A model generated the notes under the pieces. That model was not told the origin of the DNA. It worked only from the letters and a program-made list of their open reading frames with translations, and searched no databases. The position numbers were made by a program, and so were the translations under genes. A DNA stretch of 64,000 nt from Candidatus Kuenenbacteria bacterium (lineage in GTDB: Bacteria > Patescibacteriota > Patescibacteriia > UBA11705 > JABHMO01). Every line of letters starts with the position of its first letter. Within the stretch, counting starts at the first letter, position 1. Of the stretch, positions 46,449 through 56,586 are shown piece by piece. The stretch is from assembly GCA_013202715.1 (NCBI GenBank), contig JABMRF010000040.1:4376-68375 (forward strand). The letters are read 5' to 3'.

Positions 46449-47551
46449 AGCGAAGCCAAATTACTAATAATTTCCAGAGTTTCTATTGCGCACTTTTCCC
46501 AAGAAAAGTTTTTCACATGTGAAAATCCTTTAATTTTCAATGATTCTTGAACCTCTGGGTTTAACAAAACCTGTTCTATTCGGGATACGATCTCATCCAC
46601 ATTTTCAGGATTAAACATTAGCGCGGCTTCACCTGCAACCTCTGGAAGACTTGTTGTCTTTGAACAAATGACAGGACAGCCTGTTGCCATTGCTTCTAAA
46701 ACTGGGATCCCAAATCCTTCGAATAAACTTGGAAAAATAAACAAATCTGCTCCGTTCAACCAAATTGGCAGCTCTTTGTCTTCGACCCAACCAGGAAAAA
46801 CAACTTGGTTCTGTAAATTATACTTATTTATATTTTCTTCAACTTTTTCGAACCCGAATCCTTTTTTCCCGATCAAAACCAGTTTATGTTTATCATCTGG
46901 ATTTTTTTGTTTAAATTTGCCAAAAGCTTCAACCAAGCGGGCTGTATTCTTCTTTTCCTCCAGCCGACCAATGAATAACATATAAGGCTGGTCAATCTTT
47001 TTTTCTAAATTTTCAATTGGTTTGTACTGTTTGTTGTTGAATCCATTCAAGATCACTTTTACTTTATCCTCTGCAATTTTATAAAACTGACAAATATCTT
47101 CTTTTGAATAGTTTGAAACTGTAATTATTTGATCAGCATGTTTTTTTATAAATCGAATTGTAAAGCGGTGGTAAAGTTTATCAGCCCAATGATAAAGTTT
47201 CGGGAAATGCTCAAAACCAATATCGTGGACTGTGACCACAACTTTTTTTGGATTTAATAATGGAATCGTATGCGCTGGAACAAACAGGACGTCCGGAATT
47301 CTTTTTCCAAACTTCATTTCCCAGCTTAGTCTTCCCAAAGTCCAAAATCGCGGTAACCACCATTTTAAAACCCGCTCTTCAAAATTATCAGGGCAATTTG
47401 CCAGATTGCCTTGCAGGGGTTTATCTGTATATAAAAAATAGTGGTTCTCCTTATCAATTTTTTTTAATTCTTCAATCAAATGATAAGAATACCACTCCAC
47501 ACCGGTCTTTTTTGGTTTGTTTGCGCGGGATGCGTCTATTCCAATTAACAT
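46445..47551 (-). CDS. Glycosyltransferase family 4
   Basis: IGIDAS, TVHD, IGRLEEKKN, EGFGIPVLEAMATG, SLPEVAG. Confidence 0.92.
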   Translation of the reverse strand: MLIGIDASRANKPKKTGVEWYSYHLIEELKKIDKENHYFLYTDKPLQGNLANCPDNFEERVLKWWLPRFWTLGRLSWEMKFGKRIPDVLFVPAHTIPLLNPKKVVVTVHDIGFEHFPKLYHWADKLYHRFTIRFIKKHADQIITVSNYSKEDICQFYKIAEDKVKVILNGFNNKQYKPIENLEKKIDQPYMLFIGRLEEKKNTARLVEAFGKFKQKNPDDKHKLVLIGKKGFGFEKVEENINKYNLQNQVVFPGWVEDKELPIWLNGADLFIFPSLFEGFGIPVLEAMATGCPVICSKTTSLPEVAGEAALMFNPENVDEIVSRIEQVLLNPEVQESLKIKGFSHVKNFSWEKCAIETLEIISNLASL

Positions 47552-47552
47552 A

Positions 47553-48560
47553 TTACTTAGTCGCAAGTACTGACCGTTTATACATTTCCAAATTATCTAA
47601 AGCAATACCCGTTCCCTTGGCAACACACAAAAGGGCATCATCAGCTACGTAAACTGGGACACCGACTGCTCGGGAAATCAACTGATCAATATCGCGCAGC
47701 AAGCTGCTTCCTCCGGACATGATGATTCCCTTGTCAATCACATCGGCAGACAACTCCGGCGGGGTTTGTTGCAAAACTTCCTTCACAGCATCGACAATTC
47801 CCTGCAAGTCTTTTTGCAGAGCTTCGGTCGCGTCATTTGAACTGATACTGATCGTTTTCGGCAAACCGGTAATCATATCTCGACCACGAATATCAATTAT
47901 GGCTGGCCCCTCCGAGTACATGGCTGCACCAATTTCAATTTTAATATCTTCAGATGTTCGCTCTCCGATTGCCAAATTGTATTTACGACGAATATATTCT
48001 GAAATTGAATTATCAAATTTATTTCCGCCGATTCGCACTGAAGATGAGGCCACAATTCCACCCAAAGAAATAACCGCAATTTCTGAAGTTCCGCCACCAA
48101 TATCAATAATCATATGTCCGGAAGCACTTCCAATCGGAATATTCGCCCCGATTGCAGCGGCAATCGGCTCTTTGATAATATATGCGGCTCTGGCTCCGGC
48201 AGCAATAGTCGCATCAATAACTGATCTTCTTTCTACAGACGTAATGCCGGCCGGTACAGCAACCATAACCTCCGGTCGGAACAGTTTAATTCCGCCGAGC
48301 GCCTTATTAATAAAATAACGAAGCATCGCTTCAGTTGTTTTATAATCAGCAATCACGCCGTCTTTTAGCGGTCTGCTGGCAACAATCGTATCCGGAGTTC
48401 GGCCGATCATTTCCTTTGCTTCATCGCCAACTGCTAAGATCTTTTTGTCGGTCATCGAAATAGCAACAACAGAGGGCTCGTTGATCACGATCCCCCTTTT
48501 TGGCAGATGAACTAAGGTGTAAGTTGTGCCAAGATCAATTCCAATCTTTCGGATAAACAT
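47553..48560 (-). CDS. mreB: Rod shape-determining protein MreB
   Basis: IGIDLGT, NEPSVVA, RPLKDGVIAD, DIGGGT, TPPELSAD. Confidence 0.96.
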   Translation of the reverse strand: MFIRKIGIDLGTTYTLVHLPKRGIVINEPSVVAISMTDKKILAVGDEAKEMIGRTPDTIVASRPLKDGVIADYKTTEAMLRYFINKALGGIKLFRPEVMVAVPAGITSVERRSVIDATIAAGARAAYIIKEPIAAAIGANIPIGSASGHMIIDIGGGTSEIAVISLGGIVASSSVRIGGNKFDNSISEYIRRKYNLAIGERTSEDIKIEIGAAMYSEGPAIIDIRGRDMITGLPKTISISSNDATEALQKDLQGIVDAVKEVLQQTPPELSADVIDKGIIMSGGSSLLRDIDQLISRAVGVPVYVADDALLCVAKGTGIALDNLEMYKRSVLATK

Positions 48561-48581
48561 AATTTAATAACAAGTGACTAA

Positions 48582-49103
48582 TTACACTCCTCCTTTTTTC
48601 TGATCTTCTTTATATTCTTGCAATCGGTCAGCTTTTATTTTTGATGATTGCTCCAGAAAATATTTATTTACACCTGGAATCATTTTTAACCAGGATTTAA
48701 TCATATCAACGACTTTGTTCATCTTAACCTTAGCAGAATTTAATAAACTTTCAATACCCCTGGCTGTTTCCTCGCCTTTTTGTTTAAATTCAGTCTGCCG
48801 ATTTTCTGGTAATTCTTTATATAAATCTTCAAGTCCCTCTGATAAGATCGTCTCAATTTGAACCAAATCTTCACTTTTTGGTTCAGCTTCTGGAGCAGTT
48901 GGAACTGCTTGGTCCTCGGTTACTTGAACTGGGGCTACCGCCTGTACTTGTTCTGCCTGTTCGTCGGCAACCGCTTTTTCCGGTGCGTTTTCAACTTGTG
49001 GCTGTTCTTCTACCTTTATTTCTTTTTCAACATCAACCGGAACAACTTCTGGTTGTGGTAAATTAGCTTCCGGACTTGTAGCTTTTGTTTGTTTTGACTG
49101 CAT
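48582..49103 (-). CDS. Hypothetical protein (CPR-type), low-complexity N-terminus
   Basis: IETILSEGL..Y...F..KGEE; WLKMIPGVNKYFLEQ..KIK. Confidence 0.75.
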   Translation of the reverse strand: MQSKQTKATSPEANLPQPEVVPVDVEKEIKVEEQPQVENAPEKAVADEQAEQVQAVAPVQVTEDQAVPTAPEAEPKSEDLVQIETILSEGLEDLYKELPENRQTEFKQKGEETARGIESLLNSAKVKMNKVVDMIKSWLKMIPGVNKYFLEQSSKIKADRLQEYKEDQKKGGV

Positions 49104-49253
49104 ATTTGTTATTGTATCTTACTTTTAAAATCCAAAATAAGCAAATTACTTATACACTTATATTATACACTATTTATTAGTAAGTTGTAAGCTAAAAGGG
49201 AAAAGTTAAAAGCAACAAAAAAAACCCCTAATTTTACGGGAATAGACTCACCA

Positions 49254-49282
49254 TTGACTTTTCGCAGAAAGTATGCTATAAT
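49254..49282 (+). promoter_or_regulatory. Consensus sigma70 promoter
   Basis: TTGACT-17 nt-TATAAT; shares CCATTGAC...AAAGTATGCTATAAT with 7773-7804. Confidence 0.75.
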
Positions 49283-49308
49283 ACTATGAACATTAAATGG
49301 AGGAAACC

Positions 49309-49572
49309 ATGGTAGATGCAATTGCAAGCCTTTGCATTTCACTCGGACTGATGCTGCTCCTGCTCCACGCAATCTGTTACATGGCCGGAGCAAAAAAGTT
49401 CGTGCCGAACATGATCAAAGGCTTCTTTCGGAGCCTCGGAGACATGGCCAGCTCGACCGTCCGAGGAGGATTTGGCGTTCTTGGAGCAATTCTGAGAGAA
49501 GGCCTTTTCGCCATTGGTCGCGGCTGCAGATGGGTCGTCGTTTCTCTCTGGAACAAGGCTCTCGGGCGATGA
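49309..49572 (+). CDS. Small membrane-associated hypothetical protein
   Basis: SD GGAGG before MVDAI; TM followed by an amphipathic helix. Confidence 0.65.
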   Translation: MVDAIASLCISLGLMLLLLHAICYMAGAKKFVPNMIKGFFRSLGDMASSTVRGGFGVLGAILREGLFAIGRGCRWVVVSLWNKALGR

Positions 49573-49674
49573 ACAAAAACATTCCAACTGGCACCGCTAT
49601 CTTATATAGCGGTGTCTTCTCTTTACCCCGCGTCTTTAGACCGGGCTCGCGACAAAGAGTCCTGTCCTCCCTGT

Positions 49675-50628
49675 CTAAATCCCCTGCAAAACCTTTTTGA
49701 TATCCTGAACGGTCTCAACTCGAACCAACTTTTGTCTCAACTTTGTAGCTTGAGGAAAGCCACGAAAATACCAACACAAATGTTTTCGCATTTCTACAAT
49801 TCCGTGTTCCCCTTTTGTCTGAAAATTATATTCAGCGTGCTCGAGCACGATTTTTTTTATCTTTTTCAAATCAGGATGAGAATATTTTCCTTTTTTTATA
49901 TAATCTTTTGTTTGCTGGAAGATCCACGGCCGGCCGTAAATTGCTCTCGCAATTCCAATTCCATCCACACCGGTCAATTCCAACATCTTTCCTGCATCTT
50001 CTGGTTCACTGATTCCTCCATTGCCGATCACTACGCCTTTGAACTTTTCCTTCGCGGCCTTCATCATTTCATAATCAATTTCTCCACTGAACGCCTGCTC
50101 ATAAGTTCGGCCGTGAAGCATCAAGCATGATACCGGTAGATCTTTTATTTTATCAAGAAAATCAAGAACTGTAACTTTGGCTTTTCCTTTTCCAATTGAA
50201 ACTCGAGTTTTAACTGAGACCGGAAGTTTTGTTGATTCGCAAACTGCCTGAACTAATTCGTGGCACAAGTCCAGATTTTTCAAAAGGGTAATTCCTCCTT
50301 CGTGCGCCACAACTTTCTTCGCCGGACAGCCGAAGTTGAGGTCAATCCCGTCATAGCCAGCCTGCTCAACAATTTTTACGGCTTTTGAAATTAATTCTGG
50401 ACGCTTTCCAAATAATTGAAGAACTACGGGTTTTTCTTTTTTATTAAACTCAATCATCTTCAAAGTTTTTTTTGAATCATAGTGCAATGCGTCAATGGAA
50501 ATCATTTCCGTGTAAACAACATCTGCGCCATTTTTTCGACAAATTGTGCGATAGGCTGAATCGGTCAGACCAGCCATGGGCGCAAGCGCCAAAAATGGTG
50601 GTTTTAGTTGTTTCCAAAAATTTTTCAT
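49675..50628 (-). CDS. dusB: tRNA-dihydrouridine synthase (DusB family)
   Basis: LAPMAG, TEM, QLFG, DLNFGCP, HGRT, GNGGI, GRPWIF. Confidence 0.92.
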   Translation of the reverse strand: MKNFWKQLKPPFLALAPMAGLTDSAYRTICRKNGADVVYTEMISIDALHYDSKKTLKMIEFNKKEKPVVLQLFGKRPELISKAVKIVEQAGYDGIDLNFGCPAKKVVAHEGGITLLKNLDLCHELVQAVCESTKLPVSVKTRVSIGKGKAKVTVLDFLDKIKDLPVSCLMLHGRTYEQAFSGEIDYEMMKAAKEKFKGVVIGNGGISEPEDAGKMLELTGVDGIGIARAIYGRPWIFQQTKDYIKKGKYSHPDLKKIKKIVLEHAEYNFQTKGEHGIVEMRKHLCWYFRGFPQATKLRQKLVRVETVQDIKKVLQGI

Positions 50629-50647
50629 AGTCTTTATTCAAAAAACC

Positions 50648-50686
50648 AGCTCCGTTTCGAGTAACATCGAGAAGCGGAGCTTTTTT
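50648..50686. terminator. Hairpin with flanking A/T tracts
   Basis: AGCTCCG...CGGAGCT. Confidence 0.5.
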
Positions 50687-50706
50687 ATTTTACAAGATTG
50701 TTAAAC

Positions 50707-51036
50707 TTATTGCGCTAATTGTTGCAAAACTGTCGTTTCACTTTCATCAACTAACTTATTTCTTTGTAAAATTGATAAAAGTTTTAATTTGTATGCTTTG
50801 TCTCTTTCCTTTTCTCCACGAAAAACAGATACAATTTCAGAATGATGAACTGCTAACTTTCTATCAATATAATCTTTTATTTCATGACGTTCTTTAGCAA
50901 ACTTCAAATCTATTCTTTCCTCAAAGCTGTCAAATTTACCATCCAGCTTTGTATCGATAATATTTTCTATTGCCGGTAATAAAACAGTATCTGTAAATTC
51001 ACCAAGGTCATTTTTTGTTAAACCATTATTTTCCAT
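50707..51036 (-). CDS. Hypothetical coiled-coil protein
   Basis: 109-aa ORF between cysS and dus. Confidence 0.7.
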   Translation of the reverse strand: MENNGLTKNDLGEFTDTVLLPAIENIIDTKLDGKFDSFEERIDLKFAKERHEIKDYIDRKLAVHHSEIVSVFRGEKERDKAYKLKLLSILQRNKLVDESETTVLQQLAQ

Positions 51037-51069
51037 ATATTCTAATTATAAATTATATAAACACAATTA

Positions 51070-52449
51070 TCAATCTTTTTTCCTCAATCGACTTGTATCC
51101 GCCGTATCTTCCAGAAGCCAGCCCGCTTTTTCAATTTCCTTTCTCAATTCGTCTGACTTTTCCCAGTTTTTATTCACTCGCGCTTTGTCTCTCTCGGCGA
51201 CAAGTTTTTTAATTTCTTCTGGAACTTCAACTTCATCTTCATCTACATTTCCCAGGCCAAGACCAAAGACTTTATCAAATTCAAGGAGCGTAGCTCGTTT
51301 ATCAAAATCATTTATATTAGACTTAAATACATCCCACATCACAACCAACGCTTGTGGCATCGACAAGTCATTGTTAATTGCGGTTTTGAATTTTTCTATA
51401 AACGCCTCATCCGGAGTTCCGTTTTGTTGGCCTAGATCCAAGAACTTTCCTTTTAATTTTTCCCAGGAATTTTTTGCGCCTTGAAGAGCTTCCCAAGTGA
51501 AATTTAATTTACTGCGGTAATGAGATGATAAATTAAAAAACCTGTAGACGATCGGATCAAATCCTTTTTTTTCCAATTCTTCAACTGTGATGAAGCCACC
51601 TTCTGATTTGGCCATCTTGCCACTGTTCATTAACAAAAATTCATTGTGCGCCCAAAAACGAACAAACTGCTTTCCAGTTGCCGCTTCGCTCTGCGCAATC
51701 TCATTTGTATGATGAACTGGGACATGATCAATTCCGCCGGTGTGAATATCAATTGTTTCACCAAGATATTTCATACTCATAGCCGAACACTCTAGATGCC
51801 AACCAGGAAAACCAATCCCCCATGGCGATTCCCATTCCATCTGGCGTTTCTGATCTTTTGGTGAAAATTTCCAGAGCGCAAAATCTGATGGATTTTTCTT
51901 TTCCGGATTTTTTTCAACTCGCGCGCCCTCTTCCTGTCCTTCGAGATTGAGCTTTGCCAGCTTGCCGTAATCCTTCGTCTTGCTGGTATCAAAATATATT
52001 CCATCTGAGGTTTGATAAGTGAATCCTTTTTTTTCTAAAACTTTTATTAAATCAAGCTGTTCTTTGATATGATCGGTTGCCTTGCACCAAATTTTCGGTT
52101 CGATAATATTTAACTTTTTCAAATCACTTTTAAATGCCTCAGTATAATGGTCTGCAATTTCAGCTGCACTTTTTGATTCCAGTCGGGCGCTTTTTTCAAT
52201 TTTGTCTTCACCTTCATCACTATCACTTGTCAGATGTCCAACATCCGTAATATTCATGATATGCAAGACATTAAAACCATCAAAGCGTAAAGTTCTTTTC
52301 AAAATGTCATTAAAAATATAGGCCCGATAATTACCAATATGAGCATAATCATACACTGTCGGCCCGCAAGTATAAAAACTAACCTCATCTGGGTTTTGAG
52401 GTTTAAACTCTTCTATTTTGCGAGACATTGTATTGAATAGCCTTAACAT
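51070..52449 (-). CDS. cysS: Cysteine--tRNA ligase
   Basis: [45 protein letters not shown]. Confidence 0.97.
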   Translation of the reverse strand: MLRLFNTMSRKIEEFKPQNPDEVSFYTCGPTVYDYAHIGNYRAYIFNDILKRTLRFDGFNVLHIMNITDVGHLTSDSDEGEDKIEKSARLESKSAAEIADHYTEAFKSDLKKLNIIEPKIWCKATDHIKEQLDLIKVLEKKGFTYQTSDGIYFDTSKTKDYGKLAKLNLEGQEEGARVEKNPEKKNPSDFALWKFSPKDQKRQMEWESPWGIGFPGWHLECSAMSMKYLGETIDIHTGGIDHVPVHHTNEIAQSEAATGKQFVRFWAHNEFLLMNSGKMAKSEGGFITVEELEKKGFDPIVYRFFNLSSHYRSKLNFTWEALQGAKNSWEKLKGKFLDLGQQNGTPDEAFIEKFKTAINNDLSMPQALVVMWDVFKSNINDFDKRATLLEFDKVFGLGLGNVDEDEVEVPEEIKKLVAERDKARVNKNWEKSDELRKEIEKAGWLLEDTADTSRLRKKD

Positions 52450-52464
52450 ATCTATTTTTTCTTT

Positions 52465-52511
52465 TTTTACCCTTAAATACTTTTAACTTTTACATTTTAC
52501 CTTTTAACTTT
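52465..52511. repeat. 7-bp TTTTACM repeat arm upstream of cysS
   Basis: TTTTAAC TTTTACA TTTTACC TTTTAAC; same family as 23778-23828, 54313-54336 and 59942-59976. Confidence 0.7.
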
Positions 52512-52579
52512 ATTTTTCGCAAGCCCCACCTTTCAACTCCGCTACGCTTCGCTCAAGACGTTACTTTTTCCTTTTATTT

Positions 52580-53725
52580 TTATCTTTTACAGGTTCCGCC
52601 AAACCAACCTAAATCAACAAAAATTTTGATCTGTCCTTGCCTTGAATCAAGAGCCTCCAACGCCTTGCCAACCACTGTGCCCGAATCAACAGCTTTCATT
52701 CCAAATCCGGGGACTGATGAAGCAGTTATAAAATCGCCGGCCTCAATCGATCCGTTTTCATTGTTCACATTTACCGGCACAATCCCGCTTAGCGCTACTG
52801 GCGCACTGTCAACTTCTGTATTTTGATTCAAAGTCATTGACGGATTGGAAGAAATAATTCCGATTACAGTTTTATGTCTGCTACTTGCTTTTATTAATTT
52901 TAAATCAGAATCAGTTGCCACAATATCACCAGCTTCAACTCGCCCGCTTTTCGCCATTTCTTCGGCCAAATCACCATCACAACCGGTACAGTCCTGATTC
53001 ACAATGAGTTTATCAGTAGTTAACGTATCGTAAACTCTGACCGGACCGTAAAATTTTCCAGCGAAATATTTTCCACCGGCTCGAATTCCTGTTCCGTCCA
53101 GACCAAGTTCAGCATACCCTTCAACATTTCCTTTTTTGTTATATGCGCCCACCGCAATCGGATTTGTTCCTGATTCGAAAAAATTTAATTTTGTTTCTGA
53201 ATAAAGTATGTTTGATTTTTTTAATTTTGAATACAAACCAACTTTTTCCGCCTCAACCACCAAACCGTATGAATCTCCGAACATTGTAGCGGCGGCGGCT
53301 TTTCCGATAACATTAATTCCCACTCCGTAAAAATTATCATTTCTAAAATAGCCCGGATAAGAATTAATTCCGTCAATTTGCGAGTTGATGCCCTTGAATG
53401 ATGACTTGTTTCCTTCGATAAAAATCGCATCTGTATTATCATTTAAATTTACTTCCACGTTTGTTTTACTGTTCAAAGTTTTAATCGCCCCAGTCGTACC
53501 ACTTCCAACTGCTAACCCGTAACCGACTCCCGGATCAATATCTAGAATACCTAAACCGCCTTGCTTGACCTGATTATTAACGCTAACATTAATCGGCGCT
53601 TCAACATTTCCTGCTGGCGGAGAGGCAGACGGTTCGGTCCAAGCAAAAACCTGATTGATCATCAAGACACAACCAAATAAGCTAACTAAAATTACAAAAT
53701 TCAAAAACATTATTTTGTGTTTCAT
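52580..53725 (-). CDS. Secreted fibre/adhesin-like protein with C-terminal tail-fibre chaperone (peptidase G2-like) region
   Basis: Signal peptide then AWTEPSASPPAGNVEAPINV; C-terminal DLAE...IGIIS..P...VALSGIVPV..ENGSI..GD...GMKA...VVGKALE. Confidence 0.7.
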   Translation of the reverse strand: MKHKIMFLNFVILVSLFGCVLMINQVFAWTEPSASPPAGNVEAPINVSVNNQVKQGGLGILDIDPGVGYGLAVGSGTTGAIKTLNSKTNVEVNLNDNTDAIFIEGNKSSFKGINSQIDGINSYPGYFRNDNFYGVGINVIGKAAAATMFGDSYGLVVEAEKVGLYSKLKKSNILYSETKLNFFESGTNPIAVGAYNKKGNVEGYAELGLDGTGIRAGGKYFAGKFYGPVRVYDTLTTDKLIVNQDCTGCDGDLAEEMAKSGRVEAGDIVATDSDLKLIKASSRHKTVIGIISSNPSMTLNQNTEVDSAPVALSGIVPVNVNNENGSIEAGDFITASSVPGFGMKAVDSGTVVGKALEALDSRQGQIKIFVDLGWFGGTCKR

Positions 53726-53804
53726 ATCGTTTTTTATTAATTTTTGTCTAATTAAATTATAACATTATTTAACATCAATGACAATTTGTGATATAATTAT
53801 TTTG

Positions 53805-54317
53805 ATGAAAAGCGCACCTACAATTATTGTTGTCATTATTTTAATGCTCCTAATCGGGATGATTGGTTTTGTAATTGGTTTATATGTTGGCAAAGGAAAT
53901 TCGTTTGAATCTAAACTAAAACAAGAAAAAGCAGAGGTTATTCAAAATCTGAATAAAAACATTGAATCAATCCCGGGCGTTTCCGTTCTCGAGCAACCTG
54001 AAGATTATCTCATCGGTTCAATTAAAAAAATTGAAAAAAATGTTCTAACAATTTCTTCTGCTCCGGCAACCGTTGAAGATTTGCTCGAGGGAGAGGAAAA
54101 AATATATGAAATCAAAATTTCCTCACAAACAAAAATCTTTTATCAGGAAATTGGAGAAGACCCAGTTTTAACTGAGGATGAACCAGGCCAACTTGTAACG
54201 GAGCATCTGCTAACTATTCAAGACTTGCAGGTTAATGAACAAGTCTCCATCTTCATTAATATTAAAACCAAAAATCAACCGTTGGTTGAAGCGCTGGAAA
54301 TTAAAGTAAATAGGTAA
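53805..54317 (+). CDS. Membrane-anchored hypothetical protein
   Basis: N-terminal TM; TGnTATAAT 7 nt before the ATG; terminator 54338-54369. Confidence 0.7.
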   Translation: MKSAPTIIVVIILMLLIGMIGFVIGLYVGKGNSFESKLKQEKAEVIQNLNKNIESIPGVSVLEQPEDYLIGSIKKIEKNVLTISSAPATVEDLLEGEEKIYEIKISSQTKIFYQEIGEDPVLTEDEPGQLVTEHLLTIQDLQVNEQVSIFINIKTKNQPLVEALEIKVNR

Positions 54318-54369
54318 AATGTAAAAAGTAAAAGTATAAAAAAGACAGCCTTTAATCGGCTGTTTTTTT

Positions 54370-54409
54370 ATCCGCGTCAATCCGCGTTAGATCCGCGTTT
54401 ATCCGCGTT
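54370..54409. repeat. Solo arm of the ATCCGC element after the dnaJ stop
   Basis: ATCCGCGTCA ATCCGCGTTAG ATCCGCGTTT ATCCGCGTT. Confidence 0.85.
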
Positions 54410-55504
54410 CTATTCAAAATCCTCTAAAAGTTTCCTCTGCTTCCGACTAAGTTTTTTCGGCACCGCCACTTCAATAACAACATACATATCGCCTCGAGTG
54501 GAACCGTGAAGCTGCGGCATGCCTTTTCCTTTCAACCTAAACTTGGTCCCGGGCTGAGTTCCTGCTGGAATTTTCAAACTAACTTCAGATTCAAGAGTTC
54601 CCACATCAATCTCGCCACCGAGCGCAGCCTCAACAAATGAAATATTATTCTGCATGTAAATATCTTTTCCATGACGCTGAAAAACTTTATCAGATCTAAT
54701 CCGGACACGCACATAAAGATCTCCAGCTTCGCCTCCAAATGGAGCAGCATTTCCTTTTCCGGTCAGGCGAAGGGTAGAGCCATCTTCGATTCCAGCTGGA
54801 ATTTCAATATTAATTTTTTCTTTTTTCTTGGTAACTCCCTGGCCTGAACATTTGGAACACGGGGTTTCTGCTTTTTTTCCACTACCGTGACAATCTGTGC
54901 AAGTTGAACTGCTTTGAAATGCGCCGAGCATCGTTTGCTGAACTCGAGTGACACGTCCCTGACCATTGCAGGTCGAGCAAGCATTGATAGGAGTTCCAGG
55001 TTCCGCCATATTACCGTGACAATGTTCACATTTTACAGTTTTATACAATTCAACTTCTTTTTTGATTCCATTAATAACATCTTTTAATCCAATTTCAAAA
55101 TCAACCTGAATATCTTCGCCACCGCCTCGGCTTCGCCCATTTCTTCCACCGCCAAAACCAAACATGTCGCCAAATATATCGCCAAGGTCAAGTCCGCCGA
55201 AGTCAAACTTTGCTCCGTTTGCACCGCCACCTCCGCCTCTAGCTTGGCTCATAAAATCGCTCCAGTTCATCCCCCCACCAAATCCACCCATTTGGTCAAA
55301 TGAAGATCCAAACTGGTCATACTGTTTTCGTTTTTCCGGCTTGCCAAGGACCTGGTAGGCCTCATTAATTTCTTTAAACTTAGCTTCATCACCAGTTTCT
55401 TTGTCAGGATGGTACTTATGAGCCAGTTTACGAAAAGCACGCTTGATCTCGTCTTGATCAGCGCCTTTTTCTACGTTTAATATTTTATAATAATCTTTAG
55501 ACAT
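54410..55504 (-). CDS. dnaJ: Chaperone DnaJ
   Basis: DYY, HPD, G/F region, CxxCxGxG repeats. Confidence 0.97.
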   Translation of the reverse strand: MSKDYYKILNVEKGADQDEIKRAFRKLAHKYHPDKETGDEAKFKEINEAYQVLGKPEKRKQYDQFGSSFDQMGGFGGGMNWSDFMSQARGGGGGANGAKFDFGGLDLGDIFGDMFGFGGGRNGRSRGGGEDIQVDFEIGLKDVINGIKKEVELYKTVKCEHCHGNMAEPGTPINACSTCNGQGRVTRVQQTMLGAFQSSSTCTDCHGSGKKAETPCSKCSGQGVTKKKEKINIEIPAGIEDGSTLRLTGKGNAAPFGGEAGDLYVRVRIRSDKVFQRHGKDIYMQNNISFVEAALGGEIDVGTLESEVSLKIPAGTQPGTKFRLKGKGMPQLHGSTRGDMYVVIEVAVPKKLSRKQRKLLEDFE

Positions 55505-55557
55505 AAGGGAAATAAGGCGGAATAAGGCGAAAGAGGATAACTCTCGACTTCCTGTTA

Positions 55558-55983
55558 CTACGATTTAAAATTATTGTATTCTTTTAATTGAGCGACAACT
55601 TCACTGTCTGTTATATGAAAATCAGAACGATCATCTTCATCTACTTGAGGAGCTGTCGGAACTTCAAAATTATATTCCTCAACTTTTATTGTTTTGATCT
55701 TTTTTTGTCTGGCGAGATATCGTAATTCTTTGTCAGATGAGACAAGAACATAATATGAAGGATTATCGCACGTTTTGATTATTTCAGCAATACGCTCGTC
55801 CGCATCACCCGCGAATTCGACCTGAACAAATTCTGTGTTCAAGTCTTCCTCAGAGTAGCCATCAAAGATGATTTTTGCACTCTTTTTACAGTAAACAAAA
55901 AATGTGTTCAGAGCAGAAAGCAATTGTTCTCTAGTCTCAAATTCAGTTGCATATAGTAGGTTGTAGCCGTCGATGAGGTACAT
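55558..55983 (-). CDS. NYN-domain (YacP-like) RNase
   Basis: YLIDGYNLL, IIFDG, DADERI, VSSDKEL. Confidence 0.82.
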   Translation of the reverse strand: MYLIDGYNLLYATEFETREQLLSALNTFFVYCKKSAKIIFDGYSEEDLNTEFVQVEFAGDADERIAEIIKTCDNPSYYVLVSSDKELRYLARQKKIKTIKVEEYNFEVPTAPQVDEDDRSDFHITDSEVVAQLKEYNNFKS

Positions 55984-56079
55984 AAATGAATACTGATGAT
56001 ACTGATATACTGATTAAGAGAAATTTGATTTAGGATAACAATAAATTACGTAAAATTAGCAAAAACCGTTACCAACCTA

Positions 56080-56108
56080 TTGACTTTTATTTAAATATAT
56101 GCTATAAT
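56080..56108 (+). promoter_or_regulatory. Consensus sigma70 promoter of the inserted island
   Basis: TTGACT-17 nt-TATAAT with extended TG. Confidence 0.78.
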
Positions 56109-56153
56109 ACAACAATCGAACAAAAATGAGATGAACCTTAATAATCTACTTTC

Positions 56154-56196
56154 GGCAGCTATGCCAGGGACGTATGTGCCCATAATAGCAAAGGAC
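56154..56196 (+). repeat. 43-nt leader repeat, copy 1 (candidate cis-regulatory RNA)
   Basis: Identical to 56539-56581; ends in SD AAGGA. Confidence 0.9.
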
Positions 56197-56201
56197 AAAA
56201 C

Positions 56202-56456
56202 ATGAATCTGATCAACAAGGCCTGGAACGTGACCGTGACCTACAACACCAAGCTGGCAATCAGCTGGGGCGTTTTCGCCCTGTTCCTCATCTGTGCCTCG
56301 ATCTGCATCCCGCCTGCGATCGCTCTGATCGAGGAGGGAGTGTATCACTCGAGGAGCTTCGTCACCGAAACGGTATTCGCCTACACCGCCACGGCGGGGT
56401 TGGTCAGCACCTTCGCCGATTGGCGCTACAAGCTCATCTTCTTCAATCGCAGCTAG
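56202..56456 (+). CDS. Small two-TM membrane protein
   Basis: SD AAGGA; GC-rich codons; MNLINKAW. Confidence 0.72.
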   Translation: MNLINKAWNVTVTYNTKLAISWGVFALFLICASICIPPAIALIEEGVYHSRSFVTETVFAYTATAGLVSTFADWRYKLIFFNRS

Positions 56457-56538
56457 GGACATCATCACGCTCGTGATCAGATGATTCCCCCGTCCATTCC
56501 TGCCATTCGGAAAAGACTCAAATCACAATTTAATCTGG

Positions 56539-56581
56539 GGCAGCTATGCCAGGGACGTATGTGCCCATAATAGCAAAGGAC
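56539..56581 (+). repeat. 43-nt leader repeat, copy 2
   Basis: GGCAGCTATGCCAGGGACGTATGTGCCCATAATAGCAAAGGAC. Confidence 0.9.
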
Positions 56582-56586
56582 CAAAA

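Noticed and set aside
56154-56581. 43-nt direct repeat as a CRISPR array
   Set aside because: Only two copies, 385 nt apart, separated by a gene; no cas genes in the window.
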